A DNA stretch of 64,000 bases, taken from assembly GCA_020891255.1 (NCBI GenBank), contig BQFW01000008.1:3038001-3102000 (forward strand). The letters are read 5' to 3'. Both the position numbers and the translations under genes were made by a program. Numbering within the stretch: position 1 is the stretch's first letter; each line of letters begins with the position of its first letter. This DNA comes from Entomortierella parvispora E1425 (lineage: Eukaryota; Fungi; Mortierellomycota). Under the pieces are notes generated by a model. It worked only from the letters and a program-made list of their open reading frames with translations. It was not told where the DNA came from and made no database searches. Positions 24,634-37,133 of this stretch are shown here, piece after piece.

Positions 24634-27600
24634 TCAAAGGCTCGCCTCCATTTCTTCATGCCGAAGGATGTCCGCAACAATCGCAACTCCATTGCCGAGG
24701 ACATATCGCACAAACTTGGAGCCCGTGATAGCGCCGGCGGCATAGATGGACTGATCCAGACGAGGGTACAAGGATGGCGTGCAAGAAGGTGCCACCAGGG
24801 AATGGAGTCGCCGATGGTGATGAGGGTGGAGCTCCTCCTCCACCTCTACTGCCTTTAACTGCTCCCGCTCGTGTTCCGCTTCAACGGTTGTCGTCGCTGA
24901 CTCGGACCCGTCCAACGCTAAAGTGCACACAGATGAGGTGCAAGAGGATACAGACGTTGATCGATTGGACCTCACAGAAGCCGATCGCGTCAATGAGCCT
25001 GTGGAGGAAGCTGAAGTCGACAACAACTCTCCTGAGCCTTCTCCCTCCCCTTCCTCATCCTGCTCGATTGCCCCGTCCGCATCCTTGATCTTTGATACCG
25101 ATGTACGACAAGTCTTTGTCAGAGACTGCAAACAATTCGTCAACGCATTCGCGGCCGCCGCAGAGCAAAGGGTTAGCAATGGCGGCGTAGCCAGGGTCGG
25201 ACACACTGTTCGGGAGGACCTCAAGAGAGGTGAGCATGGCATGGACAAACACGCGGATTTGGAAATGGCTTTGGTCGCTGTGACCTCGTTACTGGGTTCT
25301 CGTGGGGCAGAATCACGAGGATCGTTTACGTCCCGGAGACGTGGCTCGTCATTCTCGGAGGCGCCTTCACTGACAAGAGTAGATCCTGGGGAGTCACTGT
25401 CAGTAGACTTCGAGGCCGTTGTAGTGACCGCTGAGGCGGTCGCGCAATCAGAGTTCCGAACTGGGTAGCAAGGTAGACGCGGGCACTTCTTGGCCTTGGT
25501 AGGGTACGCGACTGCTGAGCCCAGTGAAATCGAAGCGGGTGAGGCACTCGCTACTGCATCAACCAACGGACCAGATTCAGAAGACGCAGTCGAAGAGGGG
25601 ATGATCCGGAAGTTGTACATGTCCGAGACTAAAGGCCGTAAAAGTGTCAGCACTTGATACTCCTCAACCTTTTCTTCTTCGGATTCTTCCGAGGACTCTT
25701 CGCTCTCCTCCTCCTCCTCCTCCTCCTCCTCCTCCTCCTCCTCCTCCTCTTCTTCCTGTTTTTCTTCCTCCGCCACGTCCTTGTGTTCTTCTTGATCTGT
25801 ACAGCCAGCCTCAGTTAGATCCAATCCTGCTTCTGCATCTTGCTTCTGCTGCAAAGAAGGAAGAGCATGTGCCTCCGGGTCCATCATCTTGTTTTCAAGA
25901 GCTCCTTGAAGCAATTGACAAGGTCGAGACCAGAGCGACTGTTTCCTGGGTCTCAGAAGTGGTGACCTCGGTGGTGTACAAGGTGGTGTGAGCATGTCCA
26001 CTGCCAACTCTCGACTCGAGTCTGCGCTTCCTCGTCGAGGTCGTCTTCCTCGCCGACTGCCTCCTGATCGACTCAATCTCCTTCTCAGATCGGCTTTGAT
26101 ATCAAAAGGGTTCGTCGCGACGGCTTGAGGGAGTGGAGGAGATAGGTATCCCGTTGCAGGCGATGACGAAGAAGACCCTGGAAATTCACCATCCTCTAGC
26201 GGAGACGAAAGCATTTCTTCTGCCAACGATCCCTTCAGAAATCCCATGTGGACCTCCTTGCCAATAAACACGCCTACAGCCGCCACCTTTTCCTTGATCA
26301 CCACGCCGTGGCTCAGCAGGATCACAACCTCGCCTGAGATAGGGTCCCAGCTTGAGATGGATGCGTCAGGTAGACCTCTGTATGAACAGGCCGAGCAGAG
26401 AGCTAAAGGTCCGTTCTCCAACATCTCGCCATCTCCTGTCTCGCCCTGCTGCTCATGCTGTTCATGCTGCAAAAGCTTGCACTGCTCACACTGGGTCGTC
26501 ATGTTGGATACATCTCCAAAGATCTGGCAACATGGTGGCTTTTGTGGTTGCTGGCCCTCCTGTCCCTTTGTAGTCGACCCTGACTCCACAGCCTTTGGTT
26601 TTTGATACATCTGTACAGAGTTTTTGAGCGTGGCACACTTCCGCATTCGAAGCCAGACCGATGCATATCCCGGATACACATCGCGATGGCATCGCTTCAG
26701 TGGAGATGGTTCTGATGCCGTAAAATGCCTGTAGATGTGGATCACTCGTCGCCAGGGTTGCTTCTCCTGGATCAAAAGGATAGCATCCGCAGCTGAAAGC
26801 CCTGTACCCACAATCACAATCGGGAGAGGAGGTGGCAATGACGATGGCGGTGGTGTCTGATTCTGCAATCGCGCCATCGATACATTCTGTGATGACAACT
26901 GCAAATCTGCATCCTCCTTGTGGACAGCGGGAGTGGAACCCATTGGAGGCGGAGGCGAAGGTGGAGGTGACACCGCATTACTTCCTGCCGAGGTCGTCGC
27001 TATTGTTGTCCGGTTATCGTTGGGTCCGTGCCGCTTCATCCATTCTTCCAACTGTCGGGTATCATGAAATGTCTGCTTGATCATCAGCGCTGAAGGGTCG
27101 GTGGAAGGTAACGGCAGGCACGGATGAAGACTCACAGCCTGTAGTTTCTTGGGCTGGTCAAAGGTCCCTGTGGCCAACACAACTGTCTTGCATCGCACTA
27201 AAAATTTGCTTATCCGCTTGGCTGTTGTCGTGGACATCATAACCGCCACTGAAGTTGGAGAAGGTGGTGTGTCAATATGTCCCAGGACTGCGTATCGAAA
27301 AGGACTGCATTCCTTGCAAGGCCCCAATCCCAGTCTCATCCTCTGTTGAACTTTCTCTTCCATCCGGTGTCTCTGTTTGGAATCCAGCTTGGGATCGAGA
27401 GAACAGCAGCAGTGTCCTGGTAGATCCTTGAGATGATATACACTCGTGACAGTTGTAAATTCCGAAAAGTTGGACTGGATCTCCATCCGCTGGACATACG
27501 CCTTGTAATAAGCCGAGACTGCCGATCGCAAGGGTCGTTCCAGTTCCTGCTGATCCGAATATTCGGCATGCTCACTTAAAAACTCAGCGAAAGGGTATAA

Positions 27601-29775
27601 TGGTAGCTCCATGTGCTCGTTGTAACTATTGTTGGATACAGAGATAGAGTGGAGATGGGAACAACGCACAGTCAGCATACATGGAATAAATGGAAATAGT
27701 AAATTATGATCGGCGCCGACAAAAACAAATCTGTACCTGAGTGTCTGGTTATGATCTTGTTCCATGTCAGCCCAGATGCCACCGACAGCACCGCGACCAA
27801 GGACTAAATGCGGCCGTGCTGTTGATGTTGTCGGCGAAACATTGGGATGCAGAGTAGCATGCCCAAAAGTGGATGTCGGGGGTGGACTTTGGGAATCGGA
27901 GGCTGACGCGTCGATCGACTGCTTGGCCAAACCAAGGCCGGTGGGCGGGTGCTTCCAGTACAAAAATGAAGGGAATTCACCACGATTGGTATCAAGATGT
28001 GGGTGCGCCAATGAATCAAACATGGCACTAATCGGGTTTGCGTCCCTGCCAGCCTCGGCTAACTGATGCTGGATATGGTTGGTCAACTGAGCAAAGTCCT
28101 ATTTGAGTGAAATGGATATGAGCACAAAAATTCAGATGGCGACCCAAGGAGTGACGGGCATGTGGGTCGACAGGGGATGTCAAACGAGATGGGACACTGG
28201 ATCTCCTTTCTTGGCCACAAGATGCAACATGCATTGACAGAGAAGAAAGGCAATTGCTCTCGGTGCTCGACTATTGATATCATATGGTGTCATCTCTGGG
28301 TTGTCCCACCAACAAACAACTCCATCTCTGATCTATGGATCGAGTAGATATGGAGAACATCGGATCTCCAACATACTCAAAGACGCCATTTGTCGATCTC
28401 GATCTGAAATGCCGCGCGTCTCCACGTCAGCGGTTGGTCGTATGCATATCCAGAGAGCGCAACCACGAAAAAAAAAAAAAAAAAAAAAAAACACTTGCAA
28501 AATCTAGCGGTCGATGACCCGTGCACAATGCAAGATGATGGGCAAGAGGATCAGGGGTGTTGTGTTATCGTCGACAACCCAGGGGGTCTGTTTTTTCATT
28601 GCCTTTCCACGAGAACGAGAGCACAGGGGGAGAGAGAGAGAGAGAAAGATGGAAATGGGCCGTGGTGTTTTTTGTTTTGTCCTTGCAACGGAAAAAGAGC
28701 CAGGGGGTGGATGCTCATGCAACGATTGTCCTACACCCCTCCACCCTCGTTCTCCACTCGCACTGCTTTCAACAAAAATTGCAAGTCTGTCTTCTCCGGA
28801 GAGCAAGTCCGAGGTCTCCAGACTCACCCACCCCATTTTTTTGTTTAGCATTGGTGTAGTTGTTGTCGTCGTTTGTTGCATCACCACCCAATGACGGAAA
28901 AGCTGACAGATGTCAACACTGCCCAACCTTTTTCTTTCACCCACAATGGTTTGCCGCCGAAACATCAGAGTACAAAGCCCAGTCAGATCCCTGTCAACAC
29001 AAACCAACACAGGATTGGCATGTGTAACTTTGATTGGGTGAGTTGGCACCGAGCACGCGGGGAGAGAACTTGTAACATGCGCCAGGTTGGAAATCAAAAA
29101 AGAAAAGAAAATCCCAGACGTGTTTTGCATCGTGGCGACTTTGGCAGCGCATTGGCTTTCCTCAGAGTGCTCTCGCAACCACCTTGGCGGGAGGAGATGG
29201 ATGCAATGCCTTTCTATTTTGCCCGATGGACGCCGCGATTTCTTCATTTCGGGGTGTCAGAGCAGAGATCTTTACCTGTTTCAGCATTGACTTTGGTCGA
29301 CAACCTTCCAGCGCAGTGGGTGCAAGCATGCTGTGGAGGATCGGGTCAGGATGTGGCCTCGATGGCTCTGCATGATAATAGGGCTCATATCCATTCAGCA
29401 GCAACGAGATCAAAATGCCGGCTGGTCCATTTCCTGATGATGATATGATTCAACGGCAAGAAAAGTGAAGAGACGATAAGGAGATTGAGATGCAAAATGG
29501 AGAAGAGGCGCGGGTATCAGATACGGAATCGGACCTCGGATTAAGATCAGCTGTGGTCTCAAAGCGAAAGAAACGTTACCGACAACGACAATATCTGTTT
29601 GCGGGGGGAGGGAGCAGGTCGAGCGGGGATGCTTTGATCGGGCATGGGCACGAGCATGGACATTGGAGGCTACAAGGGAGGGGGCATTCGATGGCATTGT
29701 AGATGGAATCGAGAGAGAGGAGTCCTGATCCGGCATCAGCCTCCTGGGGGAGCTGGCCTCGGCCATTGAGCACAT
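24634..29775 (-). CDS. OSGIN1/2-like (oxidative stress-induced growth inhibitor) FAD-dependent oxidoreductase with large low-complexity insertions
   Basis: Spliced Rossmann motif DIVVVG|NGPAGILISLLLNGYEPYY (intron 29579-29434), then HPDPILH, NPISAMFDSLAHP, GGIWADM, TLS|YNEHMELP (in-frame 111-nt intron 27736-27626), VVLATG, IVIVGTGLSAADA, and C-terminal IYAAGAITGSKFVRYVLG. Exon structure between 29276 and 28098 is uncertain. Confidence 0.82.
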
Positions 29776-30137
29776 TGCGAGTAGAGAGGGGGAGGCGCCA
29801 ATGCGGATGGTGAATGCGAGGGAATGCGAGGGAATGCGAGGAGGGGAACGACTGCAAAAGGGTATCAATCAGCAAGGAGGGAATGCGGTGGAGGATGGCA
29901 GAAGGAAGGGAGGGGAGGAAGGAATGAGTGTGTCTTCTTTCTTGTCACCAAACTCTTCAGCAGCTGCTGCAGGTGTGCGTTCTCGCTCGACTGATCGATC
30001 GAATCGGGTGTCTGTCTGTCTGGGTGACTGGACTGGACTCTTTTGCAGTTTTTGCACCCCCATCCCACCCTGGTGGATGACTGGCTGAAGCGACTCTGAC
30101 AAATCAAAAAAAAAAAAAAGCACACCCGCACGCGAAG

Positions 30138-30175
<38 letters not shown>

Positions 30176-30259
30176 TGAGCTAAAACGTCAACAACGCGCC
30201 ATCCCGCACCACCGCAGCTGCTGCGATCCCGTCATCTGGCGCCATCTGTCTGCCTCCTC

Positions 30260-30328
30260 CCTCTGTCCCTCTGTCCCTCTGTCCCTCTGTCCCTCTGTCC
30301 CTCTGTCCCTCTGTCCCTCTGTCCCTCT
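30260..30328. repeat. (CTCTGTCC)n 8-bp minisatellite
   Basis: About 8 perfect copies are visible. Confidence 0.9.
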
Positions 30329-30743
30329 ATCCTGAAGCACACGTCCACCCAATCGACTCCTCCACCGCACATGGTGTCTTGGACTGCCTCTTGTGGACGC
30401 CACTCTTCTCGTTCTCTCCTCTCGTTCTCTCTTCCGTCCTGGCTCCTCTATCTATATCCCAGCCACTCGTCTCCTTGCAGCCCATCAACAGCTCCTTTGC
30501 ATTCACCGGAGCCATGAAACTTATAAAGGAGTCCTTCTTCTCTCTCTCTCTCTCTCTCTTCCTTAATTGGTCCCAAAATATCGCAATACTCAGGAACCGA
30601 ACCGGATCCCAGAAAAGTCAACAAGGACAAAGGGAGAGATCTCGGACTACGACCGGTTGCTATATAACTTACCGCCGTCCCCTTCTCTTTTCTCTTCTAT
30701 TTTCCTCCTCCCCCTCCTCTTCATATATACCTGGTAAATCATA

Positions 30744-31028
30744 ATGACCACTCTCCTCCTCACCCGTCCCTCGCGACTCTTTTTCATGGTCATGGCCCTC
30801 TTCATCTCACAAACAGTCCTTTCCATCGAGGCGAGAGGCGGTCACTCCAGGGTCAACAGCGCCGGTTCTCAAACCTGCATCAGCACCTGCTCTTCAATCT
30901 ACGACCGTGGAGTTCTTGATTGTAAACAAAAGACACCGTCTGAGCAGCCTGACTGCATTCAGTCCGTGGCCCTTGGCTTGAAAAGCTGCACCGACATTTG
31001 CGTCCCCAGTTCTGCAGAGGTGGAGTAA
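30744..31028 (+). CDS. Small secreted cysteine-rich protein (94 aa, 6 Cys)
   Basis: Hydrophobic leader (LFFMVMALFISQTVLS), Cys spacing C-x3-C-x10-C-x10-C-x10-C-x3-C, TATATAA at ~30661. A (CT)n tract follows the stop. Confidence 0.7.
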   Translation: MTTLLLTRPSRLFFMVMALFISQTVLSIEARGGHSRVNSAGSQTCISTCSSIYDRGVLDCKQKTPSEQPDCIQSVALGLKSCTDICVPSSAEVE

Positions 31029-31032
31029 ACAA

Positions 31033-31082
<50 letters not shown>

Positions 31083-31934
31083 GCTCGCTATCTTCATGCA
31101 AGTTCTCAGCCCCGCTTGCTTGAATCAAATATCAAAGGCATCCCCTCTTTTGTCCCTACGGCCACAACGCCAAGGCTAGCGTGACTGACAAGGTCTCTTC
31201 TAAACGACTCGTATAAAATAAAAAAAAACAGCTGCGTCTACTCCATTGGCTTTTCTGAACGATCCAGACCCCCTACCTTGTACTGTTATCGTTTTTCGGA
31301 GCAAAATGGGGGAGAAATAGGAAGGGCTTCTCACTGCAATGGACAGCAATTGCGGGCGGCGTGGCAAGAGCGGCGTCTGCTTTCCGTAGGTTAGCTCATG
31401 CATGACTGTTGACCCTTGACGCGTCCACTGCAAGAACTTGGCCCTGGCGCTTTTTTTTTTTTTTTTTTTTTTTTTGTTTATTTGTGGTCAACCATTCTCC
31501 TTTGGACAAGGAGACCAATCTCCACGGTGAATAATAATAGTATGAGCATCTGCTATGCGAATTCACAACAGAAAGGCAAGAGTGGGGTGAGGGGGTGGCG
31601 GTGAAAGGTGGGATATATATGTAACAAGAGAAAGATATTACGACGAGGTTGTAAAGAGAAAAGGAAAAAACAAATGAAGTGAACAACGATCAAAACAAAA
31701 CGAACGAAAAAGAGAAGGCAAATGTATGGATAACACAAATTGAGGGAGGAGTAGGGAGTAGAAAAAAGAATGAGAAAAACAGATCTTCACTTTGCTTTCA
31801 AAGGGGTATAGGTTCGTTGTGAGGGAAAGGACATCCTCCTCTTTTCAACGGAAATCCTGGGCCCAGTCAAGGCTAAAGTTGATCCAGATCGTCCTTGCTT
31901 CTTGTCCGCTTCCGTGTATAATTCCATGTTATAT

Positions 31935-34163
31935 TTAATCCGCACGGCTACGGTTCGAGGTTCCGATCAATCCTTCCTCCTCTTCAGATTGCTGTGCTAC
32001 AAAAAGGAGCGAAAACAGGAACGCATGAGATATTTTAGACGTCAAGAGACAAGAGACAGAAAAGGGCCATAAGACGAATGATAAACAAGACCACAATTCA
32101 AATGCTTCAATGAATCTGATCAGCAGTTATAGTGACGAACCAGTGACGAACCTTTGGGCCTGGGAATAGACAGACACTTGATGCCAAGATACGTGCAGAA
32201 ACGGTCAATGACAAAGAGCGCCCATTGAGCATAGGCAACAGCCACAAAGATAAAGTAAGCCCACAAGTAGTAGTACTCGGTATCGGGCGAGAAGAAGGGC
32301 TCCCATCCAAAGAGAACAGGGATGTTGGACAAGAAGGCGCCCAAGATGAGAGGCACCAACTGGATGGTGAAGTAAGGGAAAGGCATCTTGGTCACGTGGG
32401 CCAAGATGATCTTGGTTGCCATTCGTCCAAACACAATTCCGACAGTGACGGCAAACAGGATAAAGTGCTGCTCCGAGAAAATGTAGGAGTAGGGCGAGGA
32501 CAACCAGGCGTAGGCACTGACCAAGAACAGCGAGACGGGCAAGAGCTCAGAGTAGGCAGCAAGGACCGACTGGTTCTTTTCCTTGCAAGACTTGTACACG
32601 GCAATCAGGCAGGGAGGGAAGTGGCCAAAGACCATCAAGAGGGTCATGCCAGCGACCATCACATCAAGCAAGATCCAGCCGTCGGGGAAGATGCCGAAGT
32701 TGGTGCCGAAAACCTCGACAACCTCCTTGCGCCAGACCAAGGGACCGACGAATCCAGAGAGGGCCATGGTCAAGCAGGCAATGATCAAACCCTCGGTAGG
32801 ACCATTAACGTAACCAAGGTAAAGGACACCAGTGTGGTACTCCTCCCAGGTCGACAGGAAGAAGGGAAGGGTGGTCAAGAGCAAGAGGAAGGCAGCGTAC
32901 CAACTGTGGCCCATGGACATGCAAGCAGCCTGGTTCACAGCTCCGATACAGCAGTTCAAAGAATCGCATCCATGATCAAAAAGCTCTCCCAGAGGGGAAG
33001 AGGATCCAGTCCTGCGGGCCTGCTTTCCGTCCACGTTGTCAAAAGTCGAGTACAACCACAAACCAATGGCACAGCTAAATGCAAATGAAAACAAGGAAAC
33101 AAACAGTTTTAGACACGACGCCTGTTTCGACAACTATTTTCATGACGTCCCCCTGTGTCCTTGTGCACCATTTCCCGTTTGTTTCTTTGTTTTCCTTTGT
33201 TCAAGGGAAAAAAAGAAGGGGGGAAGGATGGTCCAGGCTAGTCTTCACAGTCACATTCCGACAGACCATCGACATTTTTTTTTGTTCACGCAAGCCCGGG
33301 GTCCAGAGACAATTGACAGACAATTGATATGACCAAAACGGTGTCTTACCTGAAGTAAACCCAGGTAGGGCCAGGGGTCTCCAGATCGGGGATGAAGTAG
33401 ATGACGATGAACAGGTTGGCGACGACGAATCCGAATCCGATCAAGGTGATCAAGTTGGGACTATTTGCAGAGAGAAAAGATAACGAATCAAGTCCAGGGA
33501 CGATCAGCAATCTGGTTGAGAAAGAAAAAAAAAAGGTCCGCTGGACAGAGCCCCTGTCGGTCCGTCCACTCGTCTGTTCATCTGTTTGGTCGCATTGATG
33601 GGAATCCCTCCCCCTGTCTATCCCGATGTGCTCCCTACTTCCTTTCTTCCAAAGTCAACTCTTTCTTTCAGTCCTTCCTTGGCTGTCTTTGGTCGGAAAC
33701 TATATTACGAAGCGAGATGGACTGCGACCGGGCTAATAATTATCGGATGCTCCTATCCTCTTCTCCCGCACTCGGCCCGATAGAACCGACCAAGACTATT
33801 GCTTGTCAAGTTGGGTACTATAAACGAGGTCTTTGCTGCTGATGCTGATTCCTTGGGAGACATGGTCGGTCCTGATCTGTCCATGACGAACTCTTGGCTC
33901 ACATTTGAATAAAATGGGCAAACCAACGGCACAAAAAAGAAACATGTGCTCATCCATCACTGGCGGATGATCAACTCGACAGGTCAAATTACTTACGCCA
34001 TCCACATGGGGAACAGAGTAACGGCCCAGTTCCAGTAGTGGCTCAAGATGTACTTTGTCACAGGGGACTTGTCGACACAACCATACTTGTAGAGACGCAA
34101 GTTGGCAAGACCGGCGTCACTGACATAGTCGGATTCATGCAGACGACTTCCGAATCCAAACAT
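31935..34163 (-). CDS. Choline/ethanolamine phosphotransferase, CPT1/EPT1 type (exons 34163-33997, 33460-33350, 33074-32152, 31996-31935)
   Basis: CDP-alcohol phosphotransferase signature DNVDGKQARRTGSSSPLGELFDHGCD, N-terminal YKYGCVDKSPVTKYIL..W..FPMWMAPNLITLIG, and multiple TM helices. GT-AG introns keep frame. CPT1 cannot be told from EPT1. Confidence 0.92.
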
Positions 34164-35702
34164 TTCTCTACTATGTGATGAGGGGATGTAATGAGAGAAG
34201 GGAATGGAAAGAGAAGAGGAAGGAGAAAGCGAGAAGGATGAGAGGATGGGAGAGTGAAGAAGAGAAGAAGAGAAGAAGAAGAAGAAAAAAAAAGAGGAAA
34301 GGCCTAAAAAATCTTGGGAAAAGATTTTCCTCGGCTGCTGCCCTGCCCTGTCGCTTTTTTTTTCTTTTTTGGAGGATAGGCAGTCATAGGCTTGCTGTTG
34401 CTGTGGCCATGATGATGAAGGGGACAGCCGAGGGTCAAGGGCCAATGGAACTCCGTGGCCAAGGATCCGAACTACGGAAAACTAGCGCAGTCGGTCCAGC
34501 TGGGACAGCGATGGCTGTTCTCTTGGCAGCAACCTCTGTCTCTGCCTTCCTTTCTGTTCTTCTCTTGCTTCATATATGTGTGTGTCTTCATGTCCATGGC
34601 ATTGGCTTGCTCACATCGTCGTCTGGTCTGTTGCCGTTGCACCTCTGCCTTCTCCACCTTTTTTTTTTTTTTTTTTTTTTCATGCTTCTTTCTTCTTTAC
34701 GCTCTCTCACATGGCCCGGGAAGGGCGAACTGCATTGCTCTCGAATTTTTTCTTTTACCCCAACGATTTTTTTGATTTTGAGTTGACCGTCAGTCTTTGC
34801 CCTCGCTCTGCCCCGTCCTGGCCAGGGCTCTGCTGTTTTCTATCCAGCGTATCTACCAGTCGACTTTTGTTCATTTCACGATTGCAAACTTTGAATCAAC
34901 CGCACACGCCCACTTTCTGCTCTTCTCCTCCACGCTGCGACTTTCTCCATGTCACTTTCTGATGTGTTGTCAGCTTCTTTTGCTAGTTTTTTATTTTTTT
35001 TTAGTGTACGACAATTGTCCCAGCAGTAGTCCCTCGGTCGTCTCAATGGTTCGCCCTTGGGGCGTCGGGTTACACCAAAAGAAAATAGTCCTGGTCTTCT
35101 CTTCCCCCCGCTCCACAATTCACAAGATGGCCACACCAAAACACAAAAAACACAAAACAAAAAAAAATGCGTCGTCTTGCTATTTTTGATTGCAAACGAA
35201 AAAATATATCCACCAAGGGCTACTGACCGATCATTCTCAAATGTTCACGAACACGCGCAACAAAAGACACGCAAAGACACCAGCCCAGCCGACAAAGTGC
35301 ATGGACGCGCGGTGAACATGGACTGGTATCGCATCGACAATCTGTTCCTCCTTGAACCAATCTGGATACTCGCCCCCCCTGTTTGGTTTTTGGTCAACCA
35401 GACATGCATGTGGTGCAAAACCACTGTAATGCAAGGACTGCAACCTTATTATATTGCGGCTGTGGACCAACCTCGTCGGGGCCAATGCACTCTAGAGTCT
35501 TAAAACAATCACCACAGAAACAAAGTGTATCGAGTGATGTTGTCCTGTTTTCCACACAAGAGGCCGAGACAATCCTTCATTTCAGTTGAAGAAACTGCCG
35601 CCATTCAACAAGCCCGTAGTGTTGCCGCCAGAACGTAGCTCTCCAGGTCGCCAGTTTGGAAGTTTTATTCTTTATTTAATAGACTACATCCACCAAAACG
35701 AG

Positions 35703-37133
35703 TTACCAGGACAACCATCCATCAAAGACGTGCTCCGAGTTCTTGTTGCCATTGCTATAATATCGCAGGTGTGGCCAGGTCCTCAACATCCACCTCATTG
35801 CCGGCTTCTGCTCTATAAGTGTAGGGACGTATAGACCACGCTTCCAGAGTTTAATAGGATCCTGGCTCTGGCCTGACTGGTCGTCTTTGTTGTTGTGCGC
35901 AGGAGTAGCGTCCGCTGAAGGACTGGTCGTGAGCGAAATATCCCTCAGGTCCTTCAGAGCTTTGAGTTCCTCTTGCATATGACGATTCTGTGCTTTGTCC
36001 TTTGACCAATTAAACTCATCCACCGAGATGAGTTCCAGTTCTGTGCAAGCCCATTGAGGCTTCCTCGGCATGGTTGTCAGAGATCCAGATCCGGTATTCT
36101 TGGGAAGATCAGCAGCATCCATTCGTTGACAATGAAGGGATCTCAGCAGTGGAGCAGCGCCCAGAATCGACATTATGGCCGCAGGATGTTGCTTCTGCCC
36201 TTCTCCCAACACCAATACCCTGATCGATTCCCACAATCCATTCATCTTGCCCGCCCTAAAAGTCTTTTCACCAAAGGCAGCGTCTCCCTGTACCATGATC
36301 GAGGTCAACCTTGGGAACTTTGAGATCAGTTGCGCTTGACGTTCATCATCCAAGACCAAGGAGTGGCGCAAACTGTCCAAGGTGAGCGAGGGACTCCAGT
36401 GACTGATAGAGCTGGACATCTTGGGATTGGGCTGATAGTCCACTAGAATCAAGCCCTTGAGTCGTGGACAATGGGCCATCCAGTCCAGAGCCGAGTGCGA
36501 GATGTAATCTGCACCGTGACCATGCAGAACCAAAGTCTCCAAGACCGGGAACATGGGCGGCCCTTCCCGCTCGTGTGGGTAGGATTCTATGATGCAATCC
36601 TGAAGATCGAGAACTGCAAGGGTTGACAATCCTTTCAGGTGGGCGAGATCCAGGATTGCAAATTTAAGTCGTAGCTCCATCAGCCTTGGAGGCAGAGAAG
36701 GGGAAAGATCCAGGGGCAAACGTCGGATGTCGTACGGATGCGGGAGGCAATCGAACTGCAGGGCGTAAAGATGTGGGTTGTTCTTCAGCAGACCTTTGAC
36801 CGTGATCCAAACTTTGCTTTTGAGGGCCACTGGATCAATCTTGGCCTTGACAAGCAAACTGTGGAGTGATGTGGCCTTCGAAACGAGTGGAGCAGCGGAA
36901 GCGGATCTCAGATTGAGAGTCAAATCCCTGATATGGGAGGCATGGCGGATAAGAACCGGTTGCTCTGGCTGGCCACACATAAGAAAACCTCCTTCATAGG
37001 CACAAAGGTCGATCGTCCGATAGAGCAGAGGCGTGAAAGTATTGCACCATGCCTTACATACTACGGTGCAGGCCTCCAGGTCCCCTTGGGAGAGGTAGAG
37101 GCCTATGTGGAGCCAAACTTCTGGTACATACAT
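35703..37133 (-). CDS. F-box-like / RNI-like LRR protein
   Basis: N-terminal PEVWLHIGLYLSQGDLEACTVVCKAW..FTPLLYRTI (F-box-like), followed by LxxLxL repeats and the W.C..LE.I motif. Confidence 0.8.
   Translation of the reverse strand: MYVPEVWLHIGLYLSQGDLEACTVVCKAWCNTFTPLLYRTIDLCAYEGGFLMCGQPEQPVLIRHASHIRDLTLNLRSASAAPLVSKATSLHSLLVKAKIDPVALKSKVWITVKGLLKNNPHLYALQFDCLPHPYDIRRLPLDLSPSLPPRLMELRLKFAILDLAHLKGLSTLAVLDLQDCIIESYPHEREGPPMFPVLETLVLHGHGADYISHSALDWMAHCPRLKGLILVDYQPNPKMSSSISHWSPSLTLDSLRHSLVLDDERQAQLISKFPRLTSIMVQGDAAFGEKTFRAGKMNGLWESIRVLVLGEGQKQHPAAIMSILGAAPLLRSLHCQRMDAADLPKNTGSGSLTTMPRKPQWACTELELISVDEFNWSKDKAQNRHMQEELKALKDLRDISLTTSPSADATPAHNNKDDQSGQSQDPIKLWKRGLYVPTLIEQKPAMRWMLRTWPHLRYYSNGNKNSEHVFDGWLSW

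Noticed and set aside
32225-33088. Long + strand ORF (287 aa) and similar antisense ORFs over ARG8, the F-box genes and the NLR
   Set aside because: These are shadow ORFs on the strand opposite GC3-rich genuine genes.
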